DNA of 40,311 nucleotides from Octopus bimaculoides. Taxonomy: Eukaryota. Below are positions 34,335 to 40,311 of the stretch, in pieces. Under the pieces are notes generated by a model. That model was not told where the DNA came from and did not search any database. It saw only the letters and a program-made list of their open reading frames with translations. The stretch covers positions 17,408,413-17,448,723 of the forward strand of contig NC_068995.1 of NCBI RefSeq assembly GCF_001194135.2, in the 5' to 3' direction. The stretch's first letter is position 1; each line of letters opens with the position of its first letter. A program made the translations under genes and the position numbers.

Positions 34335-35300
34335 ATTCATTATTACTCAGAAGCTACTACATGCTAATTTAATTTACAGAAACGTTAACCTGAGGTTTGT
34401 GGCAACATGTCTCCTTGATTCTCAAGAACCGTTCTTAGTATTCTGGAAGAATACAGGATGGCAATTTTCTGCATGTTGACATTGCCTGTTTCAATTTTAA
34501 TATACTTCAGTCTCTTAAGTAGCAACTTGGGTGTTGTGCTAAGTGCATCAATTATCACAAGAACAATTGTCACTTTTGTCTTCCGCAAATTACTCGTTCT
34601 CTGTGGTTAGGTTCTGATACTTCTCAATTTTCTCAAAAATCTTTGACAACCTTTGATATTACACAGTTCGTTAATTTCCTTCATCCTCTACTTCTGCTTT
34701 CTTTACTTCTATAGTATTGTCAGAGTTTTAGGGAAACATTCTACAAAATCCGCAGTTTCTGGATCGTATTCATTTATCTTTTCAGTCACTTCGACTTCAT
34801 AAACTTGACTAATATCAATGCATTTTTTACAAAGATACTCAGGTCTACGCTTGTACTCGTTTTTTTCCAAGCTTATTGAATTCAATTATAAGATGATTAA
34901 TAATTGCCGCTCTTTTGGTATACAATCTGCCCTTACTCTTTGACTGAATTTTATAAAACTTTGTCTTCATTCATTCTGAATTAGTTGTTCCTGAAATGTT
35001 ATAATTAGCGATTCACTTTTCCGTCTTAGATTTCTAAATGTTGGCCACATGCAACGATTTTACTGTCAACATCCTCTGTTTCTTGTCTAAATTGACTCTG
35101 TAATTCTTTCTTTTCGTTGATATGTTCTTCAATTCCCTTACAGTTTCAGTTTCTTTTTGGATTTATCTAGAGATTCCTTTCGCGACTGTGCACAAAATAG
35201 TTTTTGTTTCAAACCCAACATTGCATTACTTATTGCGCCTTCTGCTTTTAACAACTTCTGGTTCAATCAGTTCTTCGTAAGTAGATGCTGTCGATAAAAT
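34335..35300 (-). mobile_element. R4-clade (Rex6/Dong-like) LINE 3' fragment, highly decayed
   Basis: Frameshifted: ELQSQFRQETEDV (cf. LHGQF.R.TE), SESLII..QEQ, INHLI..F.KL...EYKRR, KIEKYQNL, RKTKVTIVLVIIDALSTTPK..MQKIAILYSSRILRTVLE. Confidence 0.82.
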
Positions 35301-35741
35301 TTTAGGGAGGTGCGCGTCGTGCATTAGAGTAGCTTCTTATTTCAATATAAATGGTGCGATATTTGAAATACGCATAATTTGTGAGACTATTTTTTTCTAT
35401 TATATGGCAGTGATTATTTTCATTAGACACGAGCAAACTGTGACATGCAAGACATTCCGAATGGCATGCGCATCGGAATATTACCTTGAATATAACCATG
35501 TCTCACGCGGCCGGCTTGTCGAACATTTTTTGTATGCTTAGTTTAGGCTCCATGTTCTAGTGGCAATTGACTAAAGCAGTGTGACCAATCACATGACTCA
35601 GTGCAGTCTAGACTGAACCATAAAGTACATGGCACGGAACGGATAATGACAATTATTCCTGAAAAGTTGATTCACAGTCAATGCGAAATGAGAAAGGGGC
35701 AAACATATGATAAAAAGAAACTATTCGGCAGAAAGATAACG

Positions 35742-35935
35742 AAGGTGAGCTGGCAGAAACGTAAGCACGCCGGGCGAAATGCTCAGCGGTATTTCGTCTG
35801 CCGTTACGTTCTGAGTTCAAATGCCGCCGAGGTCGTCTTTGCCTTTTATCTTTTCAGGGTCGATTAAATAAGTCCCAGTTATGCTCTGGGGTCGATGTAA
35901 TCGACTTAATCCCTTTGTCTGTCCTTTGTTTGTCT
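35742..35935 (+). mobile_element. SINE family A, copy 13 (same tail type as copy 12, 3'-truncated)
   Basis: aaggtgagctggcagaaacgtaagcacgccgggcgaaatgc...gttctgagttcaaatgccgccgaggtcg...ccctttgtctgtcc. Confidence 0.93.
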
Positions 35936-36997
35936 ATAATAATAAAAAAATTCTTTAAAAATATGAATGGTAATGCCAAAGAACTTGGCAGGTTTAAGGA
36001 AGACATCTATTTCTCATTGCATGGAATATGATCGAACAATCAAAGGATAGCATTTTAAATGCAGTTATCCTTAAGTCTCTAGTTCGTTGGCACAAGCAGA
36101 AAGAAAAAAAAATGTCTATTTTCTCGTTGGTATGTTTGTCTACAATAAACCATATTCAAACTTCATGTAATGTGGCGACGATGAAAACAAGGACAAAGTA
36201 TGCCAGCAGTAGATGCTCCAAGAAGTTCCATAAGCCATGAATCATAAATGAATGCAGCTGTATCAAAGTGCCTCATTCATAAATCATCAACTGTGGAATT
36301 AGTGCTGTAACAAATGTCGCAATAATCATGTTGAAGAACCATCGAATCAACCTCAGATAAATAAAATTCACACAATGCACCTATATTAGCTCAATGATAT
36401 ATCATACGTAATCCCGTGCGAAATTACTTTCCATTAATATAAGTATGTGGTCAATGTATATCCTTCAATTGACCGTATTTTTCCCACCATCACAATAGTC
36501 AGTGTGTTTAAAGGTGTATTATAATAAATATAACTTGGATTTACTGAATGATCAATACGAAAATCCTCCCGAATATGTGAATCTTTAATTGTTGCCCTCA
36601 TACGAAATGTAATGAAGCATATAATTGACGTTATGAGTAAATAGTTTTTGGGTATTCATCAAATTTTATGGGTTGCATGTAGTGTAACACATGATACTTT
36701 GCATATTTTGTAAAAAATTATATTAGCTTTAGTTGGCGTGGAGTATAGATCCTTCCAAGAAAAAGGAGGAAGTGGCTAAGCCTAACATTGAAAATATGTT
36801 TTTGCTCAATCTTCATCACCGTTGGCCAAAACATAATTCATAAATCCATTGAATAAAAGGGTTGTGTTGCATTTACCAATTTCAAATAATTCAGTGTTTC
36901 GCTGCGATAATTTACAGGTCGTAAAGTAAATTTTCCCATACTTCATTAAGTCTCACATACCACACGCATCAATAGAGCAATATCATCTCTTCCGGGA

Positions 36998-37135
36998 TTG
37001 CGAACTGGCAGAATCGGTAACGTCATTCAGAAAATGCTTTACAGCATGTCTTTCGGAGCCTTACATTCTGAGTTCAAATTTCGACGACGTCAACATTGCT
37101 ATTCATCTGTTAAGGGTCGATTAAACAGGTAGCGA
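36998..37135 (+). mobile_element. SINE family A, copy 14 (old, 3'-truncated)
   Basis: gcgaactggcagaatcggtaac...attctgagttcaaatttcg...agggtcgattaaa. Confidence 0.78.
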
Positions 37136-37219
37136 TTCATAATTGGCGTTTGATTATACAACTTACCCACCCACTACATTCACTGGTTTTGTGACAAAAT
37201 TTTAGTACATTCAGTCCTT

Positions 37220-37333
37220 CTGTGATGAGTGTGTTTGTGAGTGACTGTGTGTGTATGTGTGTGTACTTGCGTGCATGTGTGTGTGTTTGTGTGTCTGGGT
37301 GTGTGTGTGTGTATGTGTGTGTGTGTGTGTGTG
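37220..37333 (+). repeat. (TG)n-rich tract
   Basis: Direct reading. Confidence 0.9.
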
Positions 37334-38044
37334 CAAATATGAACATCAGAGAACACAAAGAAACCGTTGAGAGAGTGTGAAAATATTTAGAAATTAAGTC
37401 CATTTAGATAATATCAAATATATTACCATAAAAGTATTTTGTATTACATATATCTAGATCTCTTGCAAGACTTTGAAATTCGGCGATGCCCTCAAACGTG
37501 CTCCATATCCGTAGCAGAAGTATATCCCACAGGTATTCAATCGTTGTTTTTGTATAAGATTGATAAAACATACACACATTACGTCCCATATATATAGTAT
37601 ACGTGAGTTGGGAGGGTGTCTGTGTGTGTGTCTCTGTATATCTCAAAATATAATATCCATTAAACACCTGAAATATCACTCGGCTCACCAATCAAAAGGT
37701 ATAGGGAACCAGTGCACTATACCATCCACTCTCTGCAGAATATATTGTTTAGAGTAGAAACACTGATATTACACATAGCTTATAACGTATCTAACGATAG
37801 AAAAAGCAAACTGTTCTATTGGGAGTTCATAAAAAGTGTGGCATGCGTATATGTTTCCATTTGTTAGGCGAAGCGGTATTTCAAGTGTTTAGTAGATATT
37901 AATTTTGGAATATTGTATATACGTATTCCTGGGATTTAATATCTGTTGAGATATTTGTAAATCAATTACTCTGGAAAATATATGCTTCCATTTCAACTTC
38001 AGCTCTCATTCATAGCAATGCAGATACACACATAAATACATATA

Positions 38045-38069
38045 CATTATATACATACACACATACACA

Positions 38070-38131
<62 letters not shown>

Positions 38132-38258
38132 CGTGGGTACGTGTGACTGTATTCACGCACACGTACGCGCTCAAATACACAGACACGTAACGCACAAAGA
38201 AACACACTCACACACACACACACACACACANNNNNNNNNNNNNNNNNNNNNNNNNNNN

Positions 38259-38312
<54 letters not shown>
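38045..38312 (+). repeat. (CA)n/(TA)n tracts around gap N 38231-38268
   Basis: Direct reading. Confidence 0.92.
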
Positions 38313-38316
<4 letters not shown>

Positions 38317-40311
38317 ATTTCTTTCATCTTTTTGCTGAATTCACATTACAACAACTGCAACGACTGGGCACTGCCTTCAAAGTTTTGTTAATCGGAACAT
38401 CCTCAGGATACATATTAGTCTGGCATACGTCAGCGATTTAAATACTTACCATTTTTAACACAAAATAATACTATCATGAAATACACAGTTCTTTTCACTC
38501 TCTATATACATATTCATAAAAAAATACAGTCTCACGCACGAACATGAATACACACACACACAAAGACACACACATACACACTCATATATTGGAATTTCTA
38601 GAACAATACCTCACGAAATCCTAAATACCATGACCTGAATCAAACTTTTACACAAGAAATGCTACACAAACTCTATGCTCTAAGTGTTATTTCCATTCGC
38701 GTGTTCACTCAACCAAGTGGTGACACACATGCGTTACTCGGACTGTCTTTTCCCTGTCTCCGATCTTTTTCCTCTGTCCCCTTTCTGACGAAGAGCCATG
38801 CTCGGAACGTCACAACTCTTTTTTGTCATCCTAAACATTTTCTGAGCGTCAGCCTAATACATACACAACATAGATTCTTTTCCCATCTGGTATATCGTTT
38901 CCGTTTTCTTCTTTCTGTTATATCAGGTCATTCTACATGTTCTCTCTTATTTCATCTTTTTTTTTTTAAATTGAATGAAATTTAATAGTATTTTAGAATG
39001 TGTAATGGAATAAAAAATTATTTATATACATTTATGTACATTCAAACTAATTAAATATCATTTTACAGAATAATAGAATTAAAATTTCTTTGATTAAAAC
39101 CCTTTCTAACATAGAAGTATCCAAAGACCATTTGAGGCACATAATACTTTATGAGTACAAAATGGAAGCACTGCAGCCGAAGTGAAGTACGTACAAGCTG
39201 GCATATGAGTGAGGGCTGGTTACATCAGCTTGATGTTTGGCATGTACGTGCTTACTAGGGTGTGCATATGCATGGTTGCGGTTACGTGGAAGCTGTTTGT
39301 GTGTGCTTGTGTGCGCGTGTACGTGGTTATATCCGTCAGCTGTGCTTATCTGTTATATGTATATATATATATCGTGTGTTTTTGCGCGTGCACGCGAAAA
39401 CGTATGCATCAATGTATTGCGTTAATGTCTGGCGTATAGTCTTGTGCACGAGTACGTGTTTCAGATGCACATATGTTTGAGATGCCTGTGTGAGTATGAA
39501 GGACTGTTGTACTTGAGTATGCACATTTCTGTACTTATATGCGCATGAATGTATGAATGCATATTTATCTGGACGAACAGGTGTGACTGTGTCTACGTAT
39601 TACAGTGGAATTCTATATGAAATTGTGTCTTCATACCTTTCCTCAGTGCATAATCGTTACAGATTGTTTTAAGTATTGTAAAATCACTTGCCGTCTCTTT
39701 CTGATGTCATAATTACATTTCATGGTAGTATTTTGAAATTGCGAATCGAATAGAAGTTAAAGTTACGCTAGAAATATTACAAGATAAATTTGATTTCGTT
39801 AATAAAAAAATTAGTTTCTAAAAGAAGTAAAACAGAGGGTTGTGGACCGAATATAAATACCATTTTGTGGCCCAAGCGATGCACTTTACCATCTTACCGA
39901 AACAGCAATCAATATTTTGACAATGCACTGAAAAATATAATAAATTAACAAAAAATATTTTCAATGACATTTTTGGAAGATTATTGCAATTACCTAACAT
40001 TTAAAATAGTAATTTATATTGGTGGCATGTTAAAGGATAATTGTTGGAAAACCCTTCTGAGCGTAATCTTTACTAATCGTTGGTAGAATGTTATGTACAC
40101 TAACCATCTTATTGTCTTCCATTATTTGTTCCTTTATATATTTATTTATATTTAAGAATTTAAGAATACTACTGGAGTTGCAATAGATACACTAGGTGTT
40201 TTTGTGCATGTCGTGAAAAAAATAAAATGCGAACGTACATTAAATAAATTCACAATATTTTCATCTTGAGTAGTTTTGTATTCTACTTGTCGTGTGTATA
40301 TATATATATAT

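Noticed and set aside
35980-36240. Possible piggyBac C-terminal relic (YDRTIKG..., VRWHK)
   Set aside because: Only two very short motif resemblances; not distinguishable from chance by eye.
8540-37135. SINE heads as tRNA genes
   Set aside because: They have A/B-box-like motifs but no complete cloverleaf, and each continues into the SINE core.
37455-37540. Short GC-richer segment as a host exon
   Set aside because: No recognisable protein similarity and no supporting neighbouring exons; cannot be supported without RNA data.
19135-39524. Numerous YIYI / CVCV / HTHT / ERER ORFs
   Set aside because: Translations of dinucleotide repeats.

Overview
Gapped, AT-rich eukaryotic draft-assembly sequence. 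The repeat families look like those of Octopus (cephalopod); this is recognition from memory, not a database search. I found no credible host protein-coding exon, rRNA, tRNA gene or CRISPR array, so the window is intergenic or part of a large intron. Nearly all long ORFs in the track are artefacts of microsatellites and N gaps. Real content: (1) a near-full-length but decayed R4/Dong-clade non-LTR retrotransposon (~4850-8170) and two further R4-clade 3' fragments; (2) two fragments of a Tx1/L1-like LINE, one RTE-clade fragment and a possible Jockey/I-like fragment; (3) mariner, pogo/Tigger and possibly piggyBac relics; (4) 14 copies of one tRNA-headed SINE family, 11 of them between 8.5 and 17.4 kb and mostly in same-orientation tandem arrays, plus CORE-like SINEs; (5) many simple and compound microsatellites. 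The most interesting unexplained structures are: SINEs inserted just 5' of older SINE heads with visible target-site duplications; two foldback hairpins (~260 nt and 123 nt); an unexplained 67-bp motif preceding two SINE arrays; and a 96%-identical local SINE duplicate. I see no clear evidence of a new multi-gene system; these are leads in transposon biology and dsRNA/ADAR substrates.
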